DNA from: Eledone cirrhosa
Lineage: Eukaryota
Length of the DNA stretch: 64,000 nucleotides
Reading direction: 5' to 3'
Assembly: GCA_964016885.1 (NCBI GenBank)
Contig: OZ024742.1
Coordinates: 78,058,001 to 78,122,000 of the forward strand
Position 1 is the first letter of the stretch. Each line of letters starts with the position of its first letter. The notes beneath the pieces are model-generated. The model was given only the letters and a program-made list of their open reading frames with translations. It did not search any database and had not been told where the DNA came from. This document shows, in pieces, positions 1-13,024 of the stretch. A program made the translations under genes and the position numbers.

Positions 1-728
1 AGAGCCACGAAACCGTTCTGCACGCACTCGTCCAGTGTCCGTGCATTACTGACTAGTGGAGTTATGTTGAACAGCTGTTGTCGCGTGTAGAACGGATCCG
101 GCTATCGGCCGAGTCCATAGTGAAGATCGACCTGCCACCTTCTTTTGGCCAGGCAGGGCAGGCATTTTCCTCTGTCTGGTGGCAGTAGCGAAAGAGGTTG
201 TATGGTGGACGAGGTTGAAAGGACTGAAGACAGACACTTTTCTCGTCGGCCAATCCCTCATCAACTGTTTCAAGTTTCACTTGGAAAGGAAGGTGAGGGT
301 GGAGAGGGAAGTGCTGCCCCCCCCCCCCCCCCAGTACATTTGCTGAAAGGTGGGTGAATGTGGCGAGAGTGGCTCGTGTGAGTGGGCCTACTCTGGTCAT
401 GCGGCTGTAGGTAGGTAAATTTGAAGAGGAGAGGGGTGCCCTTCCAGGGTGCTCTCGAAGCCTCGGGTCATTCAGGACTGGTGGTGTACCTGAGCGAACC
501 CTAGGTGGTCATCCCCCCTATTGGGGAATTTTTTCTTGTTGTAATTTTCTTGTTACTTTATTGTTACTTTGTTATTGTTACTTTGTTTATTCATATTGTT
601 TACTCGATTTTTCTGTAAAACCCCACTGTCCCAGTCTTTTGTATTGTCCCCTATATGTCGGCCCTTGTGGCCAATAAATGAAATCATTATTATTATTATG
701 ATTATTATTATTATTATTATTATTACTA
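1..728 (+). mobile_element. 3' end of a Tx1/L1-clade LINE (divergent relative of the copies at 13.8-19.3 kb and 46.6-52.1 kb) with (ATT)n tail
   Basis: Translates like the ORF2 C-terminus of the other copies (ETVLHAL, VVWWTRLKG, FFKFHL, RVSGPTL). AATAAA at about 673 is followed by (ATT)n. Confidence 0.8.
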
Positions 729-2019
729 TATGTCTATATATATATATACAAACATCAAAATTGCTCCTGTAGAGTCAAAAGTGAATGCCCATTACAAGGT
801 AAATGCAACACCAAAAGCCATTGTATATGCAGCTAAAGTGACAACCACCAGCAACAACCTACCAGCCACCAGCGAACGATATGTCGGTATGACACAAGAC
901 AAATTAAAAATACGTTATTACTCACATGTCGCATCTTTCCGACATCCAGAAAAAAGATTTACAACAGCTCTGGCTAGCAGAATATGGGATTTGAAAGACC
1001 AAGGTATCCAATATAAATTAGATTGGTCAATTTTGAACCAATCTAAAGAATATGCAAGAGGAACAAGAAGATGCGCACTCTGCATAAGTAAAAAATATTG
1101 GATTTTACAGAACCTTAAATCACCAAAACCTGCCTAAATGCAAAAACAGAAACTTTCACCAGTTGCCCACACATGAAATCACACTTGCTTTCCAGCTCAT
1201 ATAAACTTAACTCACTTTCAGATACTTATCCTCCATAAACTCTTGTTCTTTACTTTCCTTAAATTACCCTCTTTACAGACTTCTCTTTCTGATTTACTTT
1301 TATTTTTATTTTTAACTTTATTTTTACTTCACATCCACCAATGACACCCCCCCCCCCTTCTTTTTGATTCACTTACTTTATATCTTCACAATTTCACATA
1401 TTTTACTTCCCCATTTTCTTTCACTACCTGATATCAAATGTCACATGCGTTTTCAACTCCAGATATATTCTGTTGTCTCTCAGCCGCTTTTATGTATGTT
1501 TACTTGCGTATAATTTGTACTCATTTATTCATACGGCTGTTTTTTATATTGTATCTATGCGTGTGAGCGTGCATGTGTGTGTATGCGTGTTTTTATATGT
1601 ATACGAATGCATTCGTATGTGCGCGTGTATGTGTGTATGTGTGTTTTTATATCTATGTTTTTTACATACTTATATATATATATATGTGTTTGTGTGTGTA
1701 TGTATGTGTATATGTATATGTATATATATATATATATGTATGTGTATGTATATGTGTATATATATATATATAGTCGCATGCGTGCGTGTGATTAGATGTA
1801 CATGTACGTATATATATATGTGTTTCGTGTGTATGTATGCGCACCTTTGTATGTATGTACGCATGTATGTGCTTTTGTCTGTACGTATTTATATTTTGTT
1901 TTTATATATATATATGTGTATGTACGAACCTATGTATGCTATTTCTTCTAGTGTTACTTTATAATTGATAACCCCTCCCTCTTACTTTCTCTTTGATTTA
2001 ATTTTTTATTCTCATATAT

Positions 2020-2118
2020 TTTCATATTTTCATTTTTTCATTTTTTCATTTTTTCATTTTTTCATTTTTTCATTTTTTCATCTTTTCATTTTTTCATTTT
2101 TTCATTTTTTCATTTTCA
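2020..2118. repeat. (TTTTTTCA)n 8-mer minisatellite inside the Penelope-like 3' region
   Basis: About 11 tandem TTTTTTCA-like units are visible. Confidence 0.85.
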
Positions 2119-2611
2119 TATTTTATATTTTTTATATATGTATCGACCTTCATCCTGACACTGCTTTGACTGATACACTCTCTCCCCTGTATATATCGCT
2201 TGCATGTATGTGGTTGCGCGTGTGTGTTTATACGCGTGCTTTCATACTTGTATGTGTATATATTACAATCCTTAGTACCTGAGCCTGGATGTACGTTAAC
2301 TCTATTATCTTACAATTTCTTTTTCAACATATATTATATACGTATTTGTGGTCACACATACACTGATATGCTTGCCCTCATATATGTACTTACGCACACA
2401 TGTTTTCACTATACACATGCATATGTACATACACACATATGTACATTTGTGAGTGAATATACACACATTTATACACATACCCTAACTATATTTCCTTATT
2501 TTATTTTTATATATTTCTTGTATTACATTTATTTATTTTTTTTTTTTGCCAGTTAAACTTTTGCCTTTCTTCAGGAGATTTTTCAAATATTTCACTATGT
2601 TTTAAATTGCC

Positions 2612-2683
2612 TTGTCTGACGAACGAATGGGGACGTTTCTTGTATTCGTCTTATTCGGGAAACCTCTGGTAATGAGGTAATTA
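2612..2683 (+). ncRNA. Type I hammerhead ribozyme motif
   Basis: CTGACGA (2616), stem II cgaatggggacg/cgtcttattcg, GAAA, stem III CCTC/GAGG, then TA. Stem I is weak. Confidence 0.65.
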
Positions 2684-2781
2684 TATCGTATTGTTTATTA
2701 TACATTAAATTTAGCTCTGGTACTTACATAGAGCTCTCCTCATTCCTATGGCTTTTTCAATTTCCAACGAAAACTTCAATA

Positions 2782-2854
<73 letters not shown>

Positions 2855-3020
2855 GTTAAAGTGTACATCTACATATGTATACGGAAGTATTAGTATGCAT
2901 ATAAATACACACATGTATACATATGTACATGTACTCAGCTTTTCACTAGACACTTTACATAGAAAAAGCATATAACGATATGTGCTTTTACAATTCTCCA
3001 GAGAAGCCGGAAGATGGGTA

Positions 3021-3065
3021 AATATTGCTGATGAGATGTAATAACATCGAAACTAGTCCAATATT
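3021..3065 (+). ncRNA. Type I hammerhead ribozyme, copy 1 (predicted cleavage after C3058)
   Basis: aatattg-CTGATGA-gatgt aata acatc-GAAA-CTAG-TC-caatatt: 7-bp stem I, 5-bp stem II, palindromic ACTAGT stem III. Confidence 0.92.
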
Positions 3066-3383
3066 CCTGTCTGGCCCTCTGGAGAATAGAGGAAATGTGT
3101 TTCCTTGAAAACTCGTATGACTCTAAAACCCGGTCCGCCTGTGTGGTTACATACAGACTAGCTGACACTCACTGTAAAGTGTCTAGTGAAAAGCTGAGTA
3201 CATGTACATATGTATACATGTGTGTATTTATATGCATACTAATACTTCCGTATACATATGTAGATGTACACTTTAACTTAATTGTTTAAGCGTCAGTCAT
3301 ACAAAAGTGAGTTAGAAGTGAAACGAAATTTAATTTCGTTTCGTTATTTGTTTTTATCGTTTCCGCTGAACCGGTGCGTACAA

Positions 3384-3407
3384 TGACTCACGTTCTATGC
3401 AAATTGG
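3384..3407 (+). promoter_or_regulatory. TGACTCA (AP-1-like), octamer ATGCAAAT and reverse CCAAT cluster upstream of the hammerhead
   Basis: TGACTCA 3384-3390, ATGCAAAT 3397-3404, ATTGG 3403-3407. Function is inferred only. Confidence 0.45.
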
Positions 3408-3489
3408 TCTACCCACTACTAATTTTCATAGAAAAAGCATATAACGATATGTGCTTTTACAATTCTCCAGAGAAGCCGGAAGATGGGTA

Positions 3490-3534
3490 AATATTGCTGA
3501 TGAGATGTAATAACATCGAAACTAGTCCAATATT
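3490..3534 (+). ncRNA. Type I hammerhead ribozyme, copy 2 (predicted cleavage after C3527)
   Basis: Same sequence as 3021-3065, 469 nt downstream. Confidence 0.92.
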
Positions 3535-4035
3535 CCTGTCTGGCCCTCTGGAGAATAGAGGAAATGTGTTTCCTTGAAAACTCGTATGACTCTAAAACCC
3601 GGTCCGCCTGTGTGGTTACATACAGACTAGCTGACACTCACTGTAAAGTGTCTAGTGAAAAGCTGAGTACATGTACATATGTATACATGTGTGTATTTAT
3701 ATGCATACTAATACTTCCGTATACATATGTAGATGTACACTTTAACTTAATTGTTTAAGCGTCAGTCATACAAAAGTGAGTTAGAAGTGAAACGAAATTT
3801 AATTTCGTTTCGTTATTTGTTTTTATATATATACTATATATATATATATATAAGTAGTAACACAACAGTTAATTCACCATACCGAGAACAATTGTTTCAC
3901 CTTAGCGGATGGATATGCATGAATATATATAAATATATATATATATATATAAGTTTATCCCGGGTTCAATCGAGGGTAACCACAGTAAGTCAGATACTCA
4001 ATACAAAGCAGAGTATGAATATTTAATATAGAAAA

Positions 4036-4086
4036 GGCTTCTGTAGGACTAGAACTGTTTCATTCGGGAGAAATCATCAGGAAGCC
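4036..4086 (-). ncRNA. Probable type I hammerhead motif
   Basis: Minus strand: ggcttc-CTGATGA-tttc tccc gaat-GAAA-CAGTTCTAG-TC-ctaca gaagcc. Stem I needs a bulge. Confidence 0.55.
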
Positions 4087-4648
4087 CTATCGTTATTCTT
4101 TACTTCTCTATCTTTACCTACTCTCACCATGAATACTGGTGTCCACTGGAGTTTACTTACCTAAAGCCAAGTATTATGATCATTGAATCACCCCAAACAT
4201 CAATAACAAAAATGATATATAGCATGACATCACTTGATTATTCGGCTCGACGGGAAAATATAAATATCTACTCTCTCAAAAATCGCCGTCAGTATTTCAT
4301 TAATATTGCCTAAATGTTGTGATAATTAACTTTTAAAACCATCAAATATTTCGTCCCCATGGTGTCCACCCACTATGAAAATCTACCTCGCATCTCATAA
4401 TATTATTACGATGCAATTATTTTATTTCATCTGGAATTGCTCTGTTTAATATCATACCAAAATATATGAAGACAAAACAGAACACATCAAATTAAAAAAT
4501 CCGTGGTTAAAATCATCCCCAAAATTCCGAATAAACTCCGACATAAGTGTATATGTCTCCGGAAACATTATCTCTTTCCTGGAGTATGTTGTGGTACCCA
4601 AAACAGGACTGAGGAGAGAATCATGATATATATATATTTATATATGAG

Positions 4649-4833
4649 GGACCACGACGGCAGAGCTCAAGCCGTTTCGATGGCTATTTCTGAACTCCAG
4701 AAATAGCCGTCGAAACGGCTTGAGCTCTGCCGTCGGGGTCCTGAACATTTTCCTATTAACCTCTCTACTACCCAAAGTATCGAGTACTCTGGTGCATTAT
4801 GGTCCACCTGGTTCTTACCACACTTCCTTCGTT
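4649..4833 (+). mobile_element. Short pLTR-end repeat with a 44-bp-arm hairpin; other family copies at about 38022-38150, 39515-39695 and 58495-58580
   Basis: Shared ctctactacccyaagtatcgagtactctggtg motif. Carries only the 3' half of a hammerhead (GAAAC ggc..gcc GTC). Confidence 0.7.
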
Positions 4834-4903
4834 ATATATATATATATGTGTGTGTGTGTATAAGAATTCATACGCACACGCACATACACACACATACACA
4901 CAG

Positions 4904-4948
<45 letters not shown>

Positions 4949-4953
4949 TATAC

Positions 4954-5015
<62 letters not shown>

Positions 5016-7441
5016 ATACTTACATTTGTGTATCAGCTGTACTAGGGCGAGAAATAAAAGTCTAATTATACATATATATATATATATATACATGGCTTTT
5101 CATTAAAAAATATGTATTGCAGCATAATATGTTGAGGGAAAAAAATCAAATAGATGAACATGTGAAATAAAGAAATATATAAAAACAAGTTAAACATTTA
5201 AGTGATAACCCAAGTGTTTGAACTCCCATTTCATTATCATGATGCGATATAATTATTTAATGTAAAAGAAAAAAAATACCGCTAAGGATTTTATTCATTA
5301 GACGTTAAAGCAAATTATAAAATATTGTATGCACATATTTTACTTTATTTTCATTTTGTTGGTGATTAAGCATCAAATGTTTCTTGTACAAGACATTATA
5401 TTTTTGTCGTTATTTTTTGTTTGTTGGTGTATTTGTGCTTGGTTATTTGATTTTGTAAGTATATTTGTTTGTTATTGTTTTTTTTTGTTTTTGTTTTTTT
5501 TTGTTGATTGTGAACTGAAGTCATGTTCTAGATTTAATAACAAGTCACATTTTCTAATTAATATTCAATTTCAGCAGTCATGTTACTTCAACAATTGTTG
5601 TTTTGTGTGAATTCAAATTTTGAATTTCATAATGCGGAAGATTTCAATGATTTTACTTTTTTCACAGACAATAAAAGCATGCCTACACTTATGTTTCTGT
5701 TTTCTTTAGTTGTAGTTTTATTCTCTTTGTAGTCTTCGTTCATTAAATATAGATGAAATGTATATTATGATACTGCTATGTTTCCCAAATACATTAATTG
5801 TGAAAGAGAAATACAAGGCTTTCGTGCTGGTATTGAAACCGTGGCACCGTCTTGATTTTCCCGAAGTTCACATCCCTACAATTAGACGGTATGACAGATC
5901 TCTTTACTTGTTAAAAATAACAGTCAAATATTACTTAAATCAACCTACTTCGCTGTGAAAAAATGTAGGATACATTGGATGATTGATTCTAAAATACAGT
6001 TAAATTCGGAATGCATATGACCAAAGGCTTGAAGCTGTTCAGGCGGAAATATATAGAATCTTATCTGATGGACTGAGTTAATTTTAAATGTGCACTTACT
6101 GATAAATGCTCAAACCTTGTCAAAAGACTGAAACATATATCCTCGTCAACGAAGAAGTTTATTTCCATCCCATAGTCTATTAGAAGAATTGTTGTTTGTA
6201 ACATTATTTTATTATACATTATGTTGCTTTTGAAACGATTGGTAAAATGTAGCTCGATTTGTTCCTCACGTCACATTAGTATTTATTTCACCGATATAAA
6301 GAAATAGCTTATCTCTGGCGAAGTCTAAATTAAAATAAGAAAGTACAGAAGAACTAGACTATGTTGCGTAATAACACTTGCCCAATGCTCTACCGTGTTC
6401 GCTATCAGTGATGTTTTCCAGGTTTCTGAGAGCTATAACACATATTCTCTCATGGTTTAATTTGAATTACGACACTTCTCATGGTATACGAGGCAACGTT
6501 ATTTTAAAGAAAAAAGTAATATTTCTATCCAGTTTATAAAACTAGAGCAGGTTTTGCGGTAAGAAAATATGGAGTTTATACCTAAAGCAATGCAGATCAA
6601 TTACAATATATATAGCATAACTACTCACACTAAAGACTAGTCTCAACCAAATCAATACGACGATATGAAGAAATCCTCAACAATTTTACGCAAAGCCTAA
6701 ACGCCGTCTAGTGAGGTCCCTCCATGTTTTATTTGTGTTTATTTAGATTGTGCTTTCGTTGTTTCTCTTTATTATGATAAATAACTGAAGACGCACAAAA
6801 AGGAAACAAATCTCGACAAAATGTATTTGTTATATATCTAATTCATTTATTCATATCGATATATATATATATAAATTACACAATTATCAAAGTTATGTTC
6901 AAATCATTTAATTGCTGACAATCGTTTCTTCCAAACTTTCGTTTGGAATCGTCGGAGCATTATCAATGTTTGTACATATAATTTACCTCCTATTCAACTG
7001 AACAATCATATAATACATATATATTGATGTTGTGAGCAACAGTTTTGTATTTACAGGGTGTAATGGATGCGATATATATTATACGATAATTGTACAAAAA
7101 TTCAAATTCAAATTAAAAGCACAGAGTGGAATACATGCGACAGATAATACAAGAGAAAAGTCTAATAATTAAAGAGATATTGAGAAGGAAGGTTCTTGCA
7201 TTGAGCTATTTCTCTTACTGGTAATAAGGTAGTAGGAAATTACTGGCCTTTCCTGTTTATAGTTGTTTATAGTATATATATATAACTATAAATAGTATCA
7301 TTATTATTATTATATATATATATGTGTATATATATTTATATATATATATTAATAATAATAATAATAAATTTGAAGACTAAAATCCAAAGAGGGCTCGATA
7401 AGGATAAATATATATCAAATATATAAGAACCGTAGAGCAAA

Positions 7442-7857
7442 TATTTATTAAAATAACAGATTAAAGTTTAAGCAAAGAATCGCTGCTTTCACCCTTAACG
7501 GGATCTTCTGAAACTAAAAAAGACAATCTGTGAACGCAGAAGTAAATATTTCAAAAACCGTTGCAACCGGAGGAAGACAGGAAGACGATACTTTGGTTCG
7601 AGGAAACGTTCCCTGGCAAAGAACGGGAAAAAACGAATATAATACGTCATTATTTTGAGCGGTGAAAAACAATTACGCGCAAAGACAAAACCACGTTTAT
7701 GGTATAAAAGAAGTCGTAGACTAATATTCTATTAGGTGGTTCATGGAGGCGTTCTCTGCTGCGTTCACAGATTGACTTTTTTAGTTTCAGAAGATCCCGT
7801 TAAGGGTGAAACAACGATTCTTTGCTTAAACTTTAATCTGTTATTTTAATAAATAAA
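7442..7857. mobile_element. pLTR-like unit with terminal inverted duplication of about 100 bp; homologous to about 10860-11145
   Basis: 7442-7541 is the inverse of about 7759-7855. Both arms carry the CAGAAGA hammerhead variant. Confidence 0.75.
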
Positions 7858-7866
7858 TATATATAA

Positions 7867-7955
<89 letters not shown>

Positions 7956-7981
7956 TACACAAATATAATTTCAGCGAGATC

Positions 7982-8024
<43 letters not shown>

Positions 8025-8050
8025 TACACAAATATAATTTCAGCGAGATC

Positions 8051-8095
<45 letters not shown>

Positions 8096-8099
8096 ATAT

Positions 8100-8690
8100 A
8101 TGGTGGCTGCCAACTCATTTTCGAGTACGGCCACTACTTTATATCCATGTAGGAGAACCCCCTACCGATGTGCTGAACGAGTGTGACTTTTTAGTCCAGC
8201 CAGCGACTTGAAAACTCTGGTACAAACACTACACTTGTGACAATTATTGATACATAGTGCTGGGCCCATGGTACCATGTGACGACAAGTGCAGAGAGATC
8301 TCCAGATATAAAGCAATGCCTGTGCCGTGAAGCTTTTATAGTGAGCAAAGTCACTGCACAAAGCCAGTCCCACTCTCTTAACCAAGATGATATTTGCCAA
8401 AAGGAAGAACACGTCAACATCATTGGATACCATCAGGGTTGCAGGTGTTATATCAGAGTTTTCCTTCTCCTAGAATTCTGCCTTGACAAAGGCTAAGGGG
8501 TCATCTCTCCCGGTGATTTTGGATGGCCATTGACTCTTAAGAGCTCCTTTGCCCTTTGACAGGTTTTGCTTTTAGTCCTGCAGGATGTCCAAAGTCACCC
8601 TCCTCACCAAGGAACCTTGGTGGGGTTGCCAGTTTAGTCGCCAGCGACCCCACCATGTGTCAGTTTGTACTGGCATACATGTTACATAGA
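8100..8690. mobile_element. Unclassified interspersed repeat of about 500-600 bp; inverted copy at 31931-32430
   Basis: 8100-8601 closely matches the reverse complement of 31931-32430. Both sit in TA tracts. Confidence 0.75.
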
Positions 8691-9194
8691 AGTATATATA
8701 GGCACAATAAATAAAATATTTTGTTTATTTTGAAGAAACAAACCCTAACGAATCGGTCAGCTCCAATATTTCTTGCAATGTGAATTCAATCTTAGTTCAA
8801 TATATTGAGTTAATCTAGTCTAGCAAATGGATTTATGTTCTATACTTTACAGTGAATTGACTTTTCAAATGTATTAGTAGCAATAACAATGAAGCAATAC
8901 TATTTCGCTGCTTTTCTATGTGAGGATATATATGATGTTTTCCAAAATATTCCATATGAACATATTGATTTGACATACGTATATCCATGTGTGTGTATAA
9001 CATGGCAGCATTTATATTTGAAAAGAATTACCTGATGCTTCCTAAATTCCATCAAGACTTGTCAGTTAGTTTCATAGTTGTTGACAGTAGCAATAACTTA
9101 CAAAAGTAGATATGTATATATGTGTGTAAAAGTACAAAAATAATAAAACAAACAGCAGAGTACATGGAAGAAATATATAAGTTTAACGCTTGAA

Positions 9195-9486
<292 letters not shown>

Positions 9487-9693
9487 TGTTATACTTGGGG
9501 AGGGTTATATTTGTGTAGTGTTGCCAGAGAATTAATAACAGAACACACTCACTGTTTGGTTGGTTTTCGCTTTTCGCTTCTGTGTCTTTTATATCGGTAA
9601 CCTAATTTACTCGGTCCTCAATGTTGCCATTGACTGACCGACGGTCAAAAATAATACAGATACAATATGGACACAAACACATATATATAGTTT

Positions 9694-9735
9694 ATCATAA
9701 ATCTTTCGTTGCACATCTGCAACATCGTCAGTGGT
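9694..9735 (-). ncRNA. Type I hammerhead motif in a minus-strand Penelope-like 3' end (about 9485-10690)
   Basis: acca-CTGACGA-t gttgca gatg tgcaac-GAAA-GATT-TA-tgat. The terminus tattgttatactt.gggagggt matches the element end at 56883. Confidence 0.7.
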
Positions 9736-11072
9736 ACTATTATTTCCTCCCGTTGTATTGTATGTCTACGCCATTTTCATTCAGTCTGTCTATATATTTA
9801 TTTATTTATTTGCTTGTTTGTTTATTTAATTTTGTCTTCTTTGCGCATGCGTTTGCGTGTGTGTATAGTGTTTTGTTTGATGTGTGATGTGTGTTCATGA
9901 TTGGGTGACTAGTGTGTGTTTATGTGCTTGTGTATGTATTTATTTATTTATTTATTTATTTATTTATTTTATTTTATTTACTTATTTATATTTCTCTTAG
10001 GTCAGTGTTGTTTGTTTGGGTGTTGTTGTTATTCCATTCATTCTTTCTGTTTAGTCTTGGTCTTCTAAGTTCTATTTCATTGGCCTCTCTGTTTGCCTAT
10101 CTGCTGGGTCATTTCTATGTTTAGATATTATTCTAATTTCTATATTGTCTATGTTACCGTCATGTTGTTGTCTGGCATGTTCGTATAGTACTGACCCGTT
10201 TTTTCGTCCTTTTAGTTCCCCCCAGTCTTGGTCTATCCTTTCACCTGTTTTGTGAAGGTATGTATACCTCCTCGTACGTATATTTGACTGTTATGGCGTA
10301 TAATTTTTACATATTCTGGTATTTAGGGTTTGGCTAAGTGTATACGGGAGTTTTGCGTCTGCGTGAGTATGCAGGTTCGTACGTATGGTGGGTGTGTGTA
10401 TATGTGTACATCTTGTTTTAGTTGACTTACGTCTCCGAACATTCGTGTATTTATATGTAGGTATGCGTGTGCGCTTGTTATATACGTATTTATTTACTTA
10501 TATACGTTTATATAATTATTTATTTATTTGTACACAAGCATACACACACACACATATTTATATGTGCGTAGTTTTGTATACCTATGGTAAGGTTTTGCGT
10601 ATGCTTGTGTATGTACGTATCTGTTTGCGTGTATGTATTTATTTGTTTCTATTACTTCTGTATTGTATTTATTTACTTTGTTCTTAACTCTGTAGCGGAG
10701 ATTCATTTGGTCTCCTAGTTAGAATTTTAGTCTACGACTTCTGCTATACCATTTACGTGATTTTGTCTTTGCGTGCTATTGTTCTCCACGCTCCACATAT
10801 GACGTATTATCTTCGTTTTTTCGTTCATTGCCAGAGAACGTCTCTATGTACCACCCAAGAGAACATTAGTCTACGACCTCTTTTATACCATAAACGTGGT
10901 TCTGTCTTTGCGCGTAATTGTTTTTCACCGCTCCTGTTAATGACGTATTATTCGTTTTTTCCCGTTCTTTGCCAGCGAACGTTACCACGAACTAAAGTAT
11001 CGTCTTCCTGTCTTCCTCCGGTTGCAACGTTTTTTGAAATATCCAGTTCTGCGTTCACAGATTGACTTTGTT

Positions 11073-11123
11073 AGTTTCAGAAGATCCCGTTAAGGGTGAA
11101 AGCAGCGATTCTTTGCTTAAACT
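11073..11123 (+). ncRNA. Hammerhead-fold motif with variant core CAGAAGA (also 7465-7515 minus and 7783-7832 plus)
   Basis: agttt-CAGAAGA-tccc gttaa gggt-GAAA-gca gcgattctt tgc-TT-aaact. All three stems pair. Confidence 0.65.
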
Positions 11124-11165
11124 TTAATCTGTTATTTTAATAAATATATATATATATATATATAT

Positions 11166-12793
11166 GTCGACTTGGAGAAAGCCTTCGACAGAGTCCCCCG
11201 CTCCATTATCTGGTGGGCTCTTAGAAAACTAGGCGTTGACGAATGGCTTGTGAGGGCTATACAAGCCATGTATAAAGAAACAGTCAGCAAGGTTAGAATT
11301 AACAACGAATATAGTGAAGAGTTTAGCGTAAAAGTTGGCGTCCATCAGGGCTCTGTTCTCAGCCCCCTACTATTTATTATTGCCCTTCAGGCTATAACAG
11401 AGGAGTTCAAGACAGGCTGCCCATGGGAACTCCTATACGCAGACGACCTGACACTCATAGCGGAATCAATGGCCAAGCTAGAGAAGAAATTCCAAACATG
11501 GAAGCACGGCCTAGAGTCAAAAGGACTTAAAATTAACCTGGCTAAGACCAAAGTAATAGTTTGTAGGAAAGAAAACAAGGCGGCGGTCCCTTCTGGGAAA
11601 TGGTCGTGCTCGGTGTGTAGGAAAGGCGTAGGTAGAAACTCCATTTTATGTCCTAAATGCAAAGTATGGGTGCATAAAAGATGTAGTGGGATCACAGGTA
11701 AGCTAACTAAGAACATAGATTTTACATGTGGCCGGTGTTCTGGTGCAATAAGTAGCAGCAAGTGCCCACAAAATACTAGCTCTTTCAATTGCGCAGAGGG
11801 TTCTATAGAAACAGTGGACAGCTTCCGTTACCTGGGCGATAAAATCAGCAGTGGGGGAGGGTGCTCTGAAAGTACTGTAGCTAGAGTCAGAACTGGTTGG
11901 AAAAAGTTCAGAGAGCTTATACCACTATTAGCTGCTAAAGGGTTCTCCCTAAAAATGAAAGGCAGGTTGTACGATGCCTGCATACGAATAGCAATGCTGC
12001 ATGGCAGTGAGACCTGGGCATTGTGTGCAGAGGATATACGCAGACTAGAGAGGAACGAAGCTTGCATGCTCCGCTGGATGTGTAACAGTAATATACGTGA
12101 ACGGCAAAGCATAAACGAACTAAGGAAAAAATTAGAGATAAGAGGGATCAGATGTTGTTTACTCGAGAGAAGGCTACGTTGGTATGGACACGTGATGCGC
12201 ATGAAAGTCGATAGCTGTATAACAAAGTGCAGGGCAATAAAGATAGACGGTAGTCACGGAATAGGCAGACCTAAAAAAACCTGGGACGAGCTGATAAACT
12301 CCGACATCACACACTTACACCTCTCCAAGACAATGTCACTGGACCGAGACCTTTGGCGGTACTCAGTAACAGAGAAGACCCGCCTTACTTAAATATATAG
12401 TAAAACCTACTCCAGCCAGTAGGCATCTCTAACAAAATACACCCCGTCCCACCACCACCACCCCCACCCCATCCACACCACCCCGTTCTATGTAAAGTTA
12501 TGTTGGTGCCGCGCCATCGAGGCCGAAACAAATGAGATCGTGTAGGTGTCACGACAAAAAAACACACAGTCCACGCTGTAATGTGGCCGTGTAGGCAACA
12601 CGGTAAAAACCTCCCAGACCCACACTGTAAATGTGGTTGGTGTTAGGAAGGGCATCCAACTGTAGAAAACCTGCCAGACAGTCCTATGCGAGCTAGACAA
12701 TCACTCTTGCCTCAAGTGGGACTACCCCCGTCCAAACCCATGCAAGCGTGGAACACGGACGTTAAACGTTGATGATGATGATGATGATGATGA
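11166..12793 (+). mobile_element. 5'-truncated RTE-type LINE with (GAT)n tail
   Basis: RT ORF, a 3' UTR of about 380 nt and the tail gttaaacgtt(gat)n. Flanked by (TA)n on both sides. Confidence 0.9.
11172..12392 (+). CDS. LINE reverse transcriptase (C-terminal part) with internal PHD finger, uninterrupted for 406 aa
   Basis: DLEKAFD, GVHQGSVLSPLLF, LYADD, FRYLG, RRLRWYGHVMR, GRPKKTW motifs plus a C4HC3 cluster. Confidence 0.92.
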   Translation: MEKAFDRVPRSIIWWALRKLGVDEWLVRAIQAMYKETVSKVRINNEYSEEFSVKVGVHQGSVLSPLLFIIALQAITEEFKTGCPWELLYADDLTLIAESMAKLEKKFQTWKHGLESKGLKINLAKTKVIVCRKENKAAVPSGKWSCSVCRKGVGRNSILCPKCKVWVHKRCSGITGKLTKNIDFTCGRCSGAISSSKCPQNTSSFNCAEGSIETVDSFRYLGDKISSGGGCSESTVARVRTGWKKFRELIPLLAAKGFSLKMKGRLYDACIRIAMLHGSETWALCAEDIRRLERNEACMLRWMCNSNIRERQSINELRKKLEIRGIRCCLLERRLRWYGHVMRMKVDSCITKCRAIKIDGSHGIGRPKKTWDELINSDITHLHLSKTMSLDRDLWRYSVTEKTRLT

Positions 12794-12797
12794 TATA

Positions 12798-12932
<135 letters not shown>

Positions 12933-12939
12933 GTATATA

Positions 12940-12997
<58 letters not shown>

Positions 12998-13024
12998 AAT
13001 ATATATGTATATATATATATATAT

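Larger units (their letters stand above)
760..2782 (+). mobile_element. 5'-truncated Penelope-like element (Naiad-type GIY-YIG endonuclease end, T-rich 3' region, hammerhead)
   Basis: ORF 730-1137 has IVYAAKV...YVGMT...KIRYYSH..SF...LDWSIL...CALC. A frameshifted tail reads CLNAKTE...CPH. Hammerhead at 2612-2683; the element ends at (TA)n. Confidence 0.8.
2849..3826 (+). mobile_element. Non-coding retrozyme-like/pLTR unit: about 1.85 tandem copies of a 469-bp monomer plus a 111-bp inverted 5' segment
   Basis: 2958-3357 repeats at 3427-3826. 2849-2959 is the reverse complement of 3173-3283. Flanked by (TA)n; no credible ORF. Confidence 0.85.

Noticed and set aside
7948-8052. Two copies of a 40-bp unit separated by TA (CRISPR-like spacing)
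   Set aside because: Only two copies, the spacer is microsatellite and the context is eukaryotic; this is a local duplication.
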